A stretch of 64,000 nucleotides of DNA from an uncultured virus (IMG/VR IMGVR_UViG_3300047661_000097) (IMGVR_UViG_3300047661_000097), one strand, 5' to 3'. Counted from the first letter of the stretch, positions 9,960 to 20,575 are shown. The notes: generated from the sequence alone by a model not told the origin. A program made the numbers and translations.

Positions 9960-11291
9960 TTATTTTGTTTTATCGCTTGGCTGTGTTTTTTGCGCTGCAT
10001 CGTTGTACCGCTCTTGATTCCGGTCTTGAGCCTGTCCGCGCTGTATCAAAATATCGCTAAAGCTACCCGTGCTTTTAAGTCGCGAGTTTTCCGCCGAGCA
10101 CGCTTGAATTGCTCGCGACTCTAATTCCAAAGCCGATTGGAACTCCGCGCCCGCCATCTTAAAGGTCGCATAGCTCTGAGCTAGATCTAAAACAATATCC
10201 CAGTTGCTGCGCGACACTTGAACATAATCGGCATCTAATGTTGGCACTGGTGCGTTCGCCAATACCGTTGCCCCAATACCAGATCCTGTAGGCGCGGCAA
10301 GAAAGTCAATTCCACCAATTACGATGCATGGGCCAAAACTTGTTGGCGTTGAATCCCATTCCGGCGCATATCGATCCATAGCAACAATTGAAGGCATATC
10401 GGTAGCTGCGCCATTTACCTTTGCTAACATTATCCAAGGCGTTTTTAGCAACAGATTTAGTCCATCCTGATATCTGCGCAAGCAATATCCAGCTCGCAGG
10501 CGATCCGTGGCCTCGCTTTCTCGTCCCAAAAGATCGGCCAGTGCTCCCCAGATCAACACCCACGCAAAATCGTTCGGAATGTTTAATAGCGTAGCCGTTG
10601 GTGAAGAAAAAGCTGCGCCCGATTCAAGTACTACAGCTTCATACTTTCCCGGCAAATTAGGCGTAATGTCGACATCCCAAGCAAGCGGTGGCTCCGAAGA
10701 CAACATAAAGGTACTTGGAGTTCCAGAGCCTAATTCGTACAATGGCGCTTCGTAAAACTCCTGTGCCACCGTATCGTCACGATAAAGAGTATTAGGGCTT
10801 CCGGTTACCGGCAAATAGCGCACGCGCGCAACGTCTATAACCGTGTCAGGAAGAATGGTCCGGCGCGTATTAGGAACAACTGCAATATTAGAAAGCAGCA
10901 ACTGGTTGCAGTTTGAGATCTGCAACATTTCATCGCGACGATGCTGCAAAGCCGCAGAAAAATCATTAATGGTAAACTGCGAAGTGCCGGTCCAAGTCCC
11001 CCCCGTTGGCGGCTCCATTAGCATGTATTCCATTAAGGTATAGCAATAGGTATCCGTAAGCGTTCGTTTACGCGGAGAGTTGGTTAAGGTCGCTAACGAA
11101 TTCCAAAGCGTTGATGAATTAAAAACAAAGTCTTGTTTCCAAGTAAACGTAAGCACATTGAACATGCGCAATGCTTGGCAAACATAAATTCCGCATTCAG
11201 CATCCGTCCAAAACACATTTCCGCTATCAGCCAGTCGTGCCGCTAGCTGCTGACGTGCGGTCGAAAATGTGAGCCAGCTATACGCAGCCAT
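9960..11291 (-). CDS. Virion adaptor / tail tubular-A-like protein (443 aa)
   Basis: N-terminal 'RQQLAARLAD..FWTDAE' and 'LNIPNDF..LIWGALA' patterns are typical of phage adaptor proteins. Confidence 0.5.
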   Translation of the reverse strand: MAAYSWLTFSTARQQLAARLADSGNVFWTDAECGIYVCQALRMFNVLTFTWKQDFVFNSSTLWNSLATLTNSPRKRTLTDTYCYTLMEYMLMEPPTGGTWTGTSQFTINDFSAALQHRRDEMLQISNCNQLLLSNIAVVPNTRRTILPDTVIDVARVRYLPVTGSPNTLYRDDTVAQEFYEAPLYELGSGTPSTFMLSSEPPLAWDVDITPNLPGKYEAVVLESGAAFSSPTATLLNIPNDFAWVLIWGALADLLGRESEATDRLRAGYCLRRYQDGLNLLLKTPWIMLAKVNGAATDMPSIVAMDRYAPEWDSTPTSFGPCIVIGGIDFLAAPTGSGIGATVLANAPVPTLDADYVQVSRSNWDIVLDLAQSYATFKMAGAEFQSALELESRAIQACSAENSRLKSTGSFSDILIQRGQAQDRNQERYNDAAQKTQPSDKTK

Positions 11292-11339
11292 TGCTTACCT
11301 TTTTGATGCCATGCGCTTTTCTATACAATCATCCAACAG

Positions 11340-11534
11340 TTATTTTCTGCTGGCAATCCTTTTTCTGCGTTTACCTTTTTTACTTAAAGACTTACGCGGC
11401 CCTATTCGACCTTCCTTACGCAAATACGACAACAAAATCGCTTTTGCCTGTTTCTTGTTACGGACGATTTTTCCTCTTCTTCCAGAATGTAGCTGGTGCT
11501 TGCGAAACTTTTTCATGATTTCGCCAGCGGGCAT
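11340..11534 (-). CDS. Small highly basic protein (64 aa)
   Basis: Very K/R rich, with 'MKKF..HQLHSG.RGKIV.NKKQAKAI.LS'. Confidence 0.6.
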   Translation of the reverse strand: MPAGEIMKKFRKHQLHSGRRGKIVRNKKQAKAILLSYLRKEGRIGPRKSLSKKGKRRKRIASRK

Positions 11535-11540
11535 AAACCC

Positions 11541-11873
11541 TCACTTTGCTGCGTTGTCTCCTGCCACAGCAGCAGGTTTAGACAAATTTGTTAATCTTGA
11601 TACCGTTCCATGGATGCCAGCAGAACCAAGCGCTGCTGTCAAAATGATAAGCAGCGAATTGGTTGTATAAAGCTGGTCAGACGGTATGGCAATTGCCGCT
11701 CCAAGTGCATTTAACACCAAGTTGAGCGCCGCCGCTACCGTGCCGGTAATATACGGCCCAATTAGCGGGGAGTGCTTAACGATCTGCAATACGCCGTATA
11801 CCACCACAGCAATTGCAAGAATCTTTGCAGCGGGCGGAAAAGTAAGAACCACATCAATCAAAATTACTGCCAT
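11541..11873 (-). CDS. Putative holin
   Basis: 110 aa with about 3 hydrophobic segments, directly after the endolysin. Confidence 0.6.
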   Translation of the reverse strand: MAVILIDVVLTFPPAAKILAIAVVVYGVLQIVKHSPLIGPYITGTVAAALNLVLNALGAAIAIPSDQLYTTNSLLIILTAALGSAGIHGTVSRLTNLSKPAAVAGDNAAK

Positions 11874-11895
11874 GTCTTCTCCTTTTTACAAATAC

Positions 11896-12405
11896 CTATG
11901 TAGTCGTTGTGGCGTTTAAAAACTGCTGGTAGTGCTCAACCAATTCAGTCAAGTTTTTTCCGCCAGGTTGCTCATAATCATTACCGGGAAAACTCGCCCA
12001 AATATTTGAACAAGCCTTAATAGCCATAGAAATATCACCCTTTTCAATGTCATCAATTGCGCTACGTTCTTGAATCTGCCGCACGGCAACCGCATCTTGG
12101 CTAGCCGGACTAAAATCATTTAGATGCAACATCAGCTTATAAGCTTCCCACCATTTAAGTTCTAACTGGTAGCGCCCGCTGGCTGTAGACGCAATGCGCT
12201 TTGGCTTAGTGCAAATAACTTTTGCTGGACGGCCAGATGCAAATGGGTGATCGATATAAATTGAAAAAATCTCCAATCCTTTTTCTCCGGCGGCTTCATC
12301 GCCAGACACAATTACGTCGTAACCATTATTTTTGGTCAGCAAATGCGTACTGGTTCCTTCAGACCAAGCAATGGTATCGAGAAAAGCTTTAATCTTCAGG
12401 TCCAT
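11896..12405 (-). CDS. Endolysin, lambda R-type lytic transglycosylase
   Basis: Motifs AFLDTIAWSEGT, GYDVIV, STASGRYQ, DFSPASQD and CSNIWASFPG match the lambda lysozyme family. Confidence 0.92.
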   Translation of the reverse strand: MDLKIKAFLDTIAWSEGTSTHLLTKNNGYDVIVSGDEAAGEKGLEIFSIYIDHPFASGRPAKVICTKPKRIASTASGRYQLELKWWEAYKLMLHLNDFSPASQDAVAVRQIQERSAIDDIEKGDISMAIKACSNIWASFPGNDYEQPGGKNLTELVEHYQQFLNATTTT

Positions 12406-12420
12406 ACGGCGTCTCCTGAA

Positions 12421-12786
12421 TCAAACTGCAATGGCATCAGCTAAAAGCGTGGTCATGCTGCTATGATTTTTAAGCGCCAAATACGCCTGCATCTGTGCCA
12501 TATCTGTTACGATCGTGGGTTGTGTCCCAAATGGGTCGGTACCCAAAGCACAAGCAAAATTGTCTGTGTATAGCGGTGTATTTCCGTCAGATGAGTCATA
12601 GAACGATGCGGTTCCAGTAGCTACTGAGTCATCACCGGCAGTTGCTGCGGAGGAATTAGCGTATATCGAATAATTTACAACAGCCCTCTTTTCCGCGTGC
12701 TCGATGTTTACTCCGGTGACTCGCAGGTATGCGGCGCTAAGTGCAATGCCGGAACTTGTCGTATAGCCATGTAACTGATAAGCCAT
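12421..12786 (-). CDS. Hypothetical protein, possible tail-fibre assembly factor
   Basis: 121 aa with a GGAG RBS, following the fibre-like genes. Confidence 0.4.
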   Translation of the reverse strand: MAYQLHGYTTSSGIALSAAYLRVTGVNIEHAEKRAVVNYSIYANSSAATAGDDSVATGTASFYDSSDGNTPLYTDNFACALGTDPFGTQPTIVTDMAQMQAYLALKNHSSMTTLLADAIAV

Positions 12787-12798
12787 GATTGTATCTCC

Positions 12799-13353
12799 TT
12801 AAGCAATATTTGTGGATGTGAGCATATGGGTTATCTCGCCCAACCTGTGCTCCGCATCATAGGGAGGCGGAAAATCAAATTTGATTGGACCATTTGCACC
12901 CATAAACCAAATTACTGTGCTGCCGCTTGTAGCTGTTGCGATCACATAAATCGCCGTAGGCGTAATACTTGATGTATAGATACCCGCGTAGCCATCGACG
13001 CTTAACTTTACTTGCAGCGTTGACAGATTTGAAATAAATATAACCGCTGAATAGGTTTCACTAGACCAAGAAGTGCTACTCCATTCCTTAAAATTAGTGA
13101 AACCACCTCCACTATCTAAACTGAAATAAGCACCAGCATCTCCGTGAATAACCGATCCACTAGAAGTTACAAATACAGTAATGGCACCACTAACTACCTG
13201 ACTGGACCACAAGTATGTTGTAGAGGCAGCGCATGGACTAGATGACCCAGAAGTGCAATAGGTGGCAACTAGCGTCGTACTTGTATTGTAAGACGTTGCT
13301 TTTGCACCAACTGATATAAGCACCAGTAGGATAATAGTAATTAATCTTTTCAT
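12799..13353 (-). CDS. Signal-peptide-bearing S/T-rich protein
   Basis: N-terminus MKRLITIILLVLISVGAKA. Confidence 0.55.
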   Translation of the reverse strand: MKRLITIILLVLISVGAKATSYNTSTTLVATYCTSGSSSPCAASTTYLWSSQVVSGAITVFVTSSGSVIHGDAGAYFSLDSGGGFTNFKEWSSTSWSSETYSAVIFISNLSTLQVKLSVDGYAGIYTSSITPTAIYVIATATSGSTVIWFMGANGPIKFDFPPPYDAEHRLGEITHMLTSTNIA

Positions 13354-13361
13354 TTTTGTCC

Positions 13362-15662
13362 TTAGTAAGTCGCGCAAATTGTAAGAGACAGTCCTGCCGC
13401 CGTTGCGTCTGCCGTAGATGGGGCATAAACTTCGTATGCATTTCCAGAAGCGACACTTAAGCTGCTAGACCAGCTAAATGTTCCAATACTTGCCGATGCA
13501 GCAAACGTGACAGTGCCAAAGCTAACGCCATTGTAATCAAGATTAAATGTCGTACTTGCTGTCGCCGCACTAAGCAATCTTGCTTCTGATGTGCAAGATA
13601 CACCTACCGCAGTTACTGTGTTATATAAAGTCATATTTACAGGAATTTGGAACCAACTAACTGCCGCAGATGAGGAATACACGCTATTACTCATGTCGGA
13701 AAATCCGAGGTAGTGGACCATTGCTGAGATTGTGCCGCCAAGCGTTACTGCGCCAGTAAACGATGCAGTAGTGCCACTTAAAGCTCCAGTCAAACTTCCA
13801 CCAGACAGCGGAAGGTAGCTTCCCAACGTAGAAGACAACACCACGTTTCCCGTACCAGTCGTCGCTACTGTGCCTAAAACCCCTATATTGGTGTTGGTCA
13901 CAATGCCCGCTGTGCTTAGTGCTTCATCCTGTATTCCAGTTCCGCCAATCAAATAACTTTCCGCAGTGACATCCCCATGAGTATCCAGTGATTCGATATT
14001 ATCTAGCCGTCCTGTCGACGGATTGTACTGTATTGAACCAACATCTAAACTTTGATTACTCGTCGAGTTAGCCGCAACAAAAGTTAAATAATATACATAG
14101 TTATCAGACTTTAAGGTGGTTGTTATCGCCGAGGATACAGGGGTGGTTGTACTAGCCGTGCAAGCGTTGCTGCCGTTGCAATAAACATAGCCGGTTAAAG
14201 AAGAAAATATTGGAGCATTAGAAAAGGTAGTATTACCTGAAAAAGTTGCGGCTGCCGCTGTAAGCGTTCCTGTCAATCCGGGGCTATTTGACAACACCAC
14301 GTTTCCGCTTCCAGTGTAACCAGTGGTACTTAACGGAATTACTACGCCGTTGGAGTTGGAAAGGCTGGCGACAGTAACTGGATACAACATCGAAATACTA
14401 CGCGTCTCGTTCGTATCTGCATTAGCTATGGTTAAAACAGAAGTCGGAGATGAACCACTTCCTACAATATTCGTAAATGTCCAATTTGAACTTATAGGTT
14501 GGCTAGTCGATGTAGAGTAATAGCTTCCCGCAATGTACAAGTTGTTACTATTGTAGTTGGTCAACGAAGTTGCCGCAGCTATCGGCCTGACAGTTACAGT
14601 ACCATACAAATCAATGGTGTTTCCCGCTCCTGATGTTCCAAAAGTAGTGTTACCTGTAAAATTTGCCGTTGTTCCCGTCAAGCCTCCCGTCAATGTTCCA
14701 CCAGTTAAGGGCAAATACATGCCCGAAATAGAAGGAATATCGGCTGCTACCAAGGCTCGAAAGGTTGGCGTACCCGCAGATCCATTTGGTGCGGCAAACA
14801 CTGTATTTGCCGTTTCACTGGCCAAAGTTACTGCAAATGTTCCAGCGACCGTAATCGGCGAACCAGAAACAGAAAAAATGCTAGGCATTGACAGACCAAC
14901 AGAAGTAACTGGACCACCAGACGCTCCTGTGCCGCACGTCACTCCGGTTGATGCCAAGTTGCCATTAACATCTGTAGTAACGCACTGGTTAGCTACAGCG
15001 TTTACAAAAGTAACCGTGCCACCTTTTAATCCCGCAGAAAAATTTGCCGCTTGCGCTGTTATAGTACCAGTCAAAGTAGGACTTGCGGACAGCACCACAT
15101 TTCCGCTACCCGTCGTGGCTGCCAAAACCAGTTGCGATAAGCTGTTGCTGCCCAGTACCGTTGCTGATGCGGGTATCGCTGCGCCATTAACTTTAACTAC
15201 CGTTGCAACAAGCGATCCAGATCCTGGCCCAGCAAGCACATCTCCAGTCAATTGCGATACGCCAGCATTAATATTTGTTCCAGGATATATTCCTGTAACT
15301 GTAATCGCGGAAGGATAAACATTTGGGCTTATGCCACCGCTTAATGAAACATCGTATCCTTGGTTTGCGGCAGCAAAAAACAGCCAATAGCCAGGATTGG
15401 TTGAAGATGCCGCGTTCGCCGTAAACGGGTTAGTTAATGGTGTGCTGCTCGAATCGGAATAAATTGTTGCCAAAGTCGTGGTTCCGGTCAAATAGACCGT
15501 TACCGTGCAGCTAGGAATGATTCCCAACAAATAATTAGAAGAAGACAAGCCAGAAGTAACCGACTGCGCGCCGCCAAGGTTGCAATAGCCATTAACGGCG
15601 GCAATTTGCGCAAATAGAGAATTCGCGAAAATCAATACGCATAAAGCATATAAATGCTTCAT
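13362..15662 (-). CDS. Tail fibre/spike-like protein (766 aa) with signal-peptide-like N-terminus
   Basis: Repeated 'TGSGNVVLS' and 'YLPLTGGTLTG' fibre motifs. N-terminus MKHLYALCVLIFANSLFAQ. Confidence 0.65.
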   Translation of the reverse strand: MKHLYALCVLIFANSLFAQIAAVNGYCNLGGAQSVTSGLSSSNYLLGIIPSCTVTVYLTGTTTLATIYSDSSSTPLTNPFTANAASSTNPGYWLFFAAANQGYDVSLSGGISPNVYPSAITVTGIYPGTNINAGVSQLTGDVLAGPGSGSLVATVVKVNGAAIPASATVLGSNSLSQLVLAATTGSGNVVLSASPTLTGTITAQAANFSAGLKGGTVTFVNAVANQCVTTDVNGNLASTGVTCGTGASGGPVTSVGLSMPSIFSVSGSPITVAGTFAVTLASETANTVFAAPNGSAGTPTFRALVAADIPSISGMYLPLTGGTLTGGLTGTTANFTGNTTFGTSGAGNTIDLYGTVTVRPIAAATSLTNYNSNNLYIAGSYYSTSTSQPISSNWTFTNIVGSGSSPTSVLTIANADTNETRSISMLYPVTVASLSNSNGVVIPLSTTGYTGSGNVVLSNSPGLTGTLTAAAATFSGNTTFSNAPIFSSLTGYVYCNGSNACTASTTTPVSSAITTTLKSDNYVYYLTFVAANSTSNQSLDVGSIQYNPSTGRLDNIESLDTHGDVTAESYLIGGTGIQDEALSTAGIVTNTNIGVLGTVATTGTGNVVLSSTLGSYLPLSGGSLTGALSGTTASFTGAVTLGGTISAMVHYLGFSDMSNSVYSSSAAVSWFQIPVNMTLYNTVTAVGVSCTSEARLLSAATASTTFNLDYNGVSFGTVTFAASASIGTFSWSSSLSVASGNAYEVYAPSTADATAAGLSLTICATY

Positions 15663-15678
15663 CGCTATTCCTTTATAG

Positions 15679-15954
15679 TTACTTAATTCCAGTCGGCTTT
15701 ACTTCTTTACTTTCTGGCTTTTTCTCCACTGGCTTTTTCTTTTCTTGTTCTTCCCGTAAAGCGCTTTGTGTGCTTTGAACCTCTTGTTGCACCTGCGGGG
15801 CTTGGCATTGCAAAAGCGCAGACTGCAATTGCAAAATCTGCAATTTATACTGCGCGATTTGCGCCTTTAACTCGGTTACAGTTGGTTCAGCTGGCTGTTG
15901 AGCAATAATTGGAATGGCCAGCAACAATAACAATGCAAATACAATCTTTTTCAA
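15679..15954 (-). CDS. Small secreted coiled-coil protein (TTG start)
   Basis: AGGAG RBS, then MKKIVFALLLLLAIPIIAQ and a coiled coil. Confidence 0.55.
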   Translation of the reverse strand: MKKIVFALLLLLAIPIIAQQPAEPTVTELKAQIAQYKLQILQLQSALLQCQAPQVQQEVQSTQSALREEQEKKKPVEKKPESKEVKPTGIK

Positions 15955-15976
15955 GGTTTTCTCCTTTGTACTCAAA

Positions 15977-17503
15977 CTAGTAACCACATTGATAGTGAAT
16001 GGTGTAAACCGTGCTGGCCGATGGTGCGCCAAAAGCATAACGAGTAAAACCGGTGCTGGTTTCTAACGTGTAACCTACTGTCGAAATTGCCGTTGGCGTA
16101 TGTACTTCAGACGAACAATTGGGGTAGTTTGTTTGTGCTGATCCATACAGCACTACTGTGACCGCAGTACCAGTCGTTGTACCTGTGCCAGTCGTCAGCG
16201 TCAAAACACCGCTATTAGTCGTGCAAACATGATTTGTCTCGCACACACAAGTTGCACCCGTGCCTGATGCTGCACCAGGAGTGCAAGAAAAATTGGTTGA
16301 ACTACCAGCGTAAATTGGCGAAACATATTTTCCACTTGCAGCATTGCAGCCCGTGGTAATGCCCGTTCCTGATACTGAGCCAAAAAGACTTCCGCACCAA
16401 TAGGTTGAAGTACCTACGCTTAATCCCAAACCTTGCGCAATAACTGGACCTTGAATACTATGAGCAGTAGCCGCGCTATTTGCATTAGAAAGGTTAAAGT
16501 TAGGTATGTACGACGCAGTGCTGTACTTCCCGCCAATAATGATCGCTTGTCCGCCAGAAGTTCCAGTATCTACGTTGTAAGTAGAGCTAGAAGCTGTAAT
16601 ATTGCAGGTATCGCAACTAAAAAGCGCATTTGCGTTTCTGGTATAAAATGTAATTTGTCCGGCAATTTTGACTGCAAACGAAGTTCCATACACATTAAAG
16701 GTAGAAAATCCATATCCACCCGTTATGCCACCTACAGTCATGCCCTCAAACTGCGCAAATACGCTTGTATTTGTTGCGCTGCCGATATTGATCGTGCCGT
16801 AACTTGCGCCACCAACCCACTTGCTTCTTGTAGATGTGTAATTGTGCTCGTAATTGATGGTAGTAGGTGTGGTTGCATTTCCGATAATACAGTGATCTAG
16901 GCCAACTGGAGAATTAAAGGTAATTCCATTTGCATCAACCCACGTCGCACCATTGCAGGTAAAAACGGTAGCCTGATACTGATTCATAGAAACCGCCGCT
17001 GTACTGGTATACAAAGCCGGCGCTATATTAATGCTGTAGGCGCACGGAGAGCCCGAAGTGCAAGATGCAGATTGCGAAGCAATTTTTGCCAGGGCAGCGT
17101 CCATGGTTAAAAATGGACGTTCGGGCGTACCATCCGGTATATAACTATCCGTACGGTTTCCATCAACGTTTAACGCGACAGTGTCAGTGGCAGGATAAAC
17201 AAACGCCGTTGTGCTTGCAGCCGTTTGGTATGGCTGTGCGCCTACGGAACCATTTAACAAATTGGTCGCAGTAGTAGATGTTCCCCCCGATCCAAATGCA
17301 ATATAAGTACCGCTATTGCAGTAATAAGGAAGCCATGTTGTAGTTAAGGTAAAAACGGCACTTCCGATGCACGAGGTTAAAAGCGTCCCCCCCGACTGAA
17401 ACGAAGTAGCCGTATAATTACCGACAATAATCTGCCCGTTTGCAGCTGGATTCAGCATGCAGAACAAAAGCATCGTCAATAAAAACGCGGTTAGCTTTTT
17501 CAT
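15977..17503 (-). CDS. Beta-helix-like spike/fibre protein (508 aa) with signal-peptide-like N-terminus
   Basis: 'DGTPERPFLTMDAAL' motif typical of beta-helix starts. T/S/G rich. Confidence 0.55.
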   Translation of the reverse strand: MKKLTAFLLTMLLFCMLNPAANGQIIVGNYTATSFQSGGTLLTSCIGSAVFTLTTTWLPYYCNSGTYIAFGSGGTSTTATNLLNGSVGAQPYQTAASTTAFVYPATDTVALNVDGNRTDSYIPDGTPERPFLTMDAALAKIASQSASCTSGSPCAYSINIAPALYTSTAAVSMNQYQATVFTCNGATWVDANGITFNSPVGLDHCIIGNATTPTTINYEHNYTSTRSKWVGGASYGTINIGSATNTSVFAQFEGMTVGGITGGYGFSTFNVYGTSFAVKIAGQITFYTRNANALFSCDTCNITASSSTYNVDTGTSGGQAIIIGGKYSTASYIPNFNLSNANSAATAHSIQGPVIAQGLGLSVGTSTYWCGSLFGSVSGTGITTGCNAASGKYVSPIYAGSSTNFSCTPGAASGTGATCVCETNHVCTTNSGVLTLTTGTGTTTGTAVTVVLYGSAQTNYPNCSSEVHTPTAISTVGYTLETSTGFTRYAFGAPSASTVYTIHYQCGY

Positions 17504-17507
17504 TGCT

Positions 17508-17885
17508 TTACCTGGTCAACAGCACCGATACATTTACAGGGTTAGTTAAAGTAACAAGTTTTACCCGCACATACTTTGCATAAAATGAAGGCAACTCTAT
17601 TCGCGTTACATACGAAGCATTTAACCCGACCGTAATTGCGTCGACAGTCACATAATGCGAATCCTGATCGATATCAGCATCTTGAAAATCAACTTCAAAA
17701 GCGCCGGGATTTCCGCTAAAAAAAATCTCCAGCGAAATCCCCCACGGATAAAACGTGCGGTTGACTCTTTCGATTTGAAAGGCAATGCTTGCCTCTCCCA
17801 CCGCAACCGTTTCGTTGTTCCACAAGTATTTCTGTCGGTTATCACGAATCAAAGCAGCTTGTGCTGTTCCCGCATAGCCTGGCAT
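17508..17885 (-). CDS. Hypothetical virion protein (125 aa)
   Basis: GGAGG RBS, in the structural operon. Confidence 0.55.
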   Translation of the reverse strand: MPGYAGTAQAALIRDNRQKYLWNNETVAVGEASIAFQIERVNRTFYPWGISLEIFFSGNPGAFEVDFQDADIDQDSHYVTVDAITVGLNASYVTRIELPSFYAKYVRVKLVTLTNPVNVSVLLTR

Positions 17886-17956
17886 TACTTCCCTCCTGCA
17901 AAACTCGGTACAATAGAAATGCGGTTGAACACCGCCATCTCATTCGAGGTGAGATC

Positions 17957-18478
17957 ATGGCCAAGTATCGAGTCGAGCGCGAGTCTGTTGTCCAACCGCT
18001 CGATCAATCTATCAAACTTATTCCGCTGACAAATGGCTACGTTGCCGTTGTTGATGCTTTCAACTATGAATGGCTGATGCGTTGGAATTGGTACGCATTC
18101 TGGAATATATCTACTCATTCTTTTTATGCTCGGCGAGCGCACAATGGGCCATTGATGCATCGTTTTATTCTCGGTTTGACTGATCCAAAAATAGAGGGCG
18201 ATCATCGTGACGGCAACACATTGAACAATCGGAGCTACAACCTTCGCGTAGCTACTCGCCAACAAAATAGCCAAAATCGCGGGAGCTACAAAAACAACAA
18301 AAGCGGGTATTCCGGTGTGATATGGCACAGTCGAGATCAAGTTTGGCAAGCATACATAAACACAAATGGAAAACGCACACACCTCGGTTATTTCCGCAAT
18401 AAGGATGACGCTTTCTTTGCACGCGCTATGGCAGAGATTGAACAGCATGGCCGGTTTGCACATATTCTTTATCATTAG
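17957..18478 (+). CDS. HNH homing endonuclease with C-terminal AP2 domain
   Basis: 'MHRFILG...DHRDGNTLNNRSYNLR' followed by 'NKSGYSGV.W...WQAYI...HLGYF'. GAGGTG RBS. Antisense to the late operon. Confidence 0.9.
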   Translation: MAKYRVERESVVQPLDQSIKLIPLTNGYVAVVDAFNYEWLMRWNWYAFWNISTHSFYARRAHNGPLMHRFILGLTDPKIEGDHRDGNTLNNRSYNLRVATRQQNSQNRGSYKNNKSGYSGVIWHSRDQVWQAYINTNGKRTHLGYFRNKDDAFFARAMAEIEQHGRFAHILYH

Positions 18479-19488
18479 TTCCCCCAACCGCCAATATTTA
18501 AGCCACCTTCTACAGTGCTGTAAGGCTCGCCAAATGCAGAGGGCAGACGTTGCATTTTGCTGAAATAAAGATCGACAAGACTTTTGTCCATTACACGAAT
18601 ATGTTTAAGTCGGTCGTCATATTCGGCACGTGCGGCCTGTAATAAAAATTGCCAATTGGCTCCAGCGCCGCGCTCCATCTCATCGCCCTTCTGCGATTCC
18701 TTCCACAAATAAAGCATTTCGTAAGCGCGTAACTTGACTAACTCGTCATTTAGCGGATAAGGCAAGGTATCAGACGGTTTGCTAAGCGCCGACCAATTAG
18801 CTTGGCAGGCAAACGTATAAGGCAGTTGCGTAATTGGGTGTGGCCATAGTTCATAAAGCATTTGGCCATACGTTGTGCTTCTAGTACGCGTATCCATTTT
18901 GTACGGCACCACATACAGTGGTTCATCAAAATCGGTTCGTTCGGCATCTTCTTCCGATAAATCAATTTCTGTTTTGCTCCACCAGTCCATGTAATTGTTA
19001 TTGGTGGTATCGCGGATGTTGTACCAACGTTTAAATCCGAGCGGCGCGGGATAATAAGCTTGGTAAATCATGTATGTGCCATTGGTCTGCTTTGGCTCCA
19101 TCCATGGCCGATCGATCGTTAATACCACCGCATTGGTATTCGATACGTCTGCGGCAATAATGCTATAAAGTGAATAATATGGAACGCGTATTTGTTGCTG
19201 CGTAAGAAATGGCGGATTGGTTATAGCCGCAATCCAAGCCGCAGACGCGGTTGCATCGCCAGTGATAGAAGTGGTAAATGGCGTTACGGTAATTCTTCCA
19301 GGACTAAGAAACTCCTTGCTTGGTCCGCCCAATAGTCCAGGTGTTAACCAACCACCATCAATTAACTGAAAACTCCAGACTGATTCATTTTGAATGGCGG
19401 CAAAAGACTCATTGATCTTAGTCGTTACTAAGCCAAAGTTTGCTCCCGGTATTCCTAACAACTCTTGCCGCATGTTAAATAACGCCAT
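18475..19488 (-). CDS. Head-completion / adaptor-like protein (337 aa)
   Basis: Position after the capsid genes; 'LYELWPHP' motif. Confidence 0.45.
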   Translation of the reverse strand: MALFNMRQELLGIPGANFGLVTTKINESFAAIQNESVWSFQLIDGGWLTPGLLGGPSKEFLSPGRITVTPFTTSITGDATASAAWIAAITNPPFLTQQQIRVPYYSLYSIIAADVSNTNAVVLTIDRPWMEPKQTNGTYMIYQAYYPAPLGFKRWYNIRDTTNNNYMDWWSKTEIDLSEEDAERTDFDEPLYVVPYKMDTRTRSTTYGQMLYELWPHPITQLPYTFACQANWSALSKPSDTLPYPLNDELVKLRAYEMLYLWKESQKGDEMERGAGANWQFLLQAARAEYDDRLKHIRVMDKSLVDLYFSKMQRLPSAFGEPYSTVEGGLNIGGWGN

Positions 19489-19567
19489 GTTTTGCCTTTA
19501 ACAAAACGCCCCTTGCGAGTCATCCCCACAAGAGGCGTTAAGTTTGTCTTCGGGAGAAGACCTTGTT

Positions 19568-20575
19568 TTAAAACTGTCCGACAAATGCGCAAAGCTGAAG
19601 AGTTTCTCCTGATAGATTTTGACCAGAAACTACCTCTCCTCCAACTGAAACTCCTGCGCTAACAGTCGCAGTGGTAGCTCCCGAAATGGTCACTGTGCCT
19701 GTCGTGGTAAGTGCTCTGCCATTCAGCGTGCCGCCGCCAAGAGTAACGCCGCTCACCGTCAGAATGTTTCCGTTAACTGTCGAAGTCGCTACCGAAGTAA
19801 AAGCACTTCCCGCCACAAAAACAACATTCGCTGCTTGGGCACCGTTTACTAGTGCGACTGTTTGTCCGCTGGCAAGATTGATCGTTGATCCCGCCACAAA
19901 TACAAACACAGCATTTGAATTGCCTTGGGCGTCCAAAATGATGCCTGTAGGCATCGTCAAGCTGGTAGAACCAAAATAGTTGCCGGCAGTGTACGTCGAC
20001 GCTGTCGACCCATTACCGCCAGTACTTAAGTTGGTTAGGCCAGACAATGTCGGCGTCAATCCCTGGTAATAAACAATCGCCGCCGTTAGGGCTGTTTGTG
20101 CGGCCGCTGCGTTGGTGTTGTCGATTACAGCTGGAGAGGTTAAAGTGCCTGGGGGAAAACCGGTAATGCTTGTAGTGGGATAGCTCCCGATGTTTCCGCC
20201 CGTAACAACCGTATTCCCTGTGTTTGTAATGCCGGAATATGCCAGCATCGCATAGTTAGCGGCACTGCCAAGACGTGTGGTAACAACTGAACCACCACCG
20301 CTCGAGCTGGCAAGAAACCACCGCAAATACCATGGTTGCCGAGTGCCGATTGCGGTTGGCCCTGCGTAAACCACATAATTCTTGCTTACGCTCTCCACAC
20401 CACCAACAAGCGCATCAATGTAATAGTTTGGCAGCGCCAGCGTTACCAGATCTCCCGTACCAGCAACATAAGATACAGGCCCAGAGCCACTCCCAACAAA
20501 GAGTCCACGCCGGCCAGCAAATTCTGGATAGAGTGCGCTAGCACCGGTATTTCTTCCAATTGCTGTGAGAATCAC
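19568..20575 (-). CDS. Virion protein with inserted ice-binding (DUF3494) domain
   Basis: 'LGSAANYAMLAYSGITNTG...TSITGFPPG...LDAQGNSNAVFVF...LVNGAQAANVVF...NGRAL' matches DUF3494. Flanks are paralogous to 20617-20979. Confidence 0.85.
   Translation of the reverse strand: MILTAIGRNTGASALYPEFAGRRGLFVGSGSGPVSYVAGTGDLVTLALPNYYIDALVGGVESVSKNYVVYAGPTAIGTRQPWYLRWFLASSSGGGSVVTTRLGSAANYAMLAYSGITNTGNTVVTGGNIGSYPTTSITGFPPGTLTSPAVIDNTNAAAAQTALTAAIVYYQGLTPTLSGLTNLSTGGNGSTASTYTAGNYFGSTSLTMPTGIILDAQGNSNAVFVFVAGSTINLASGQTVALVNGAQAANVVFVAGSAFTSVATSTVNGNILTVSGVTLGGGTLNGRALTTTGTVTISGATTATVSAGVSVGGEVVSGQNLSGETLQLCAFVGQF

Noticed and set aside
17885..18487. 200-aa minus-strand ORF
   Set aside because: Antisense shadow of the clear HNH-AP2 gene.
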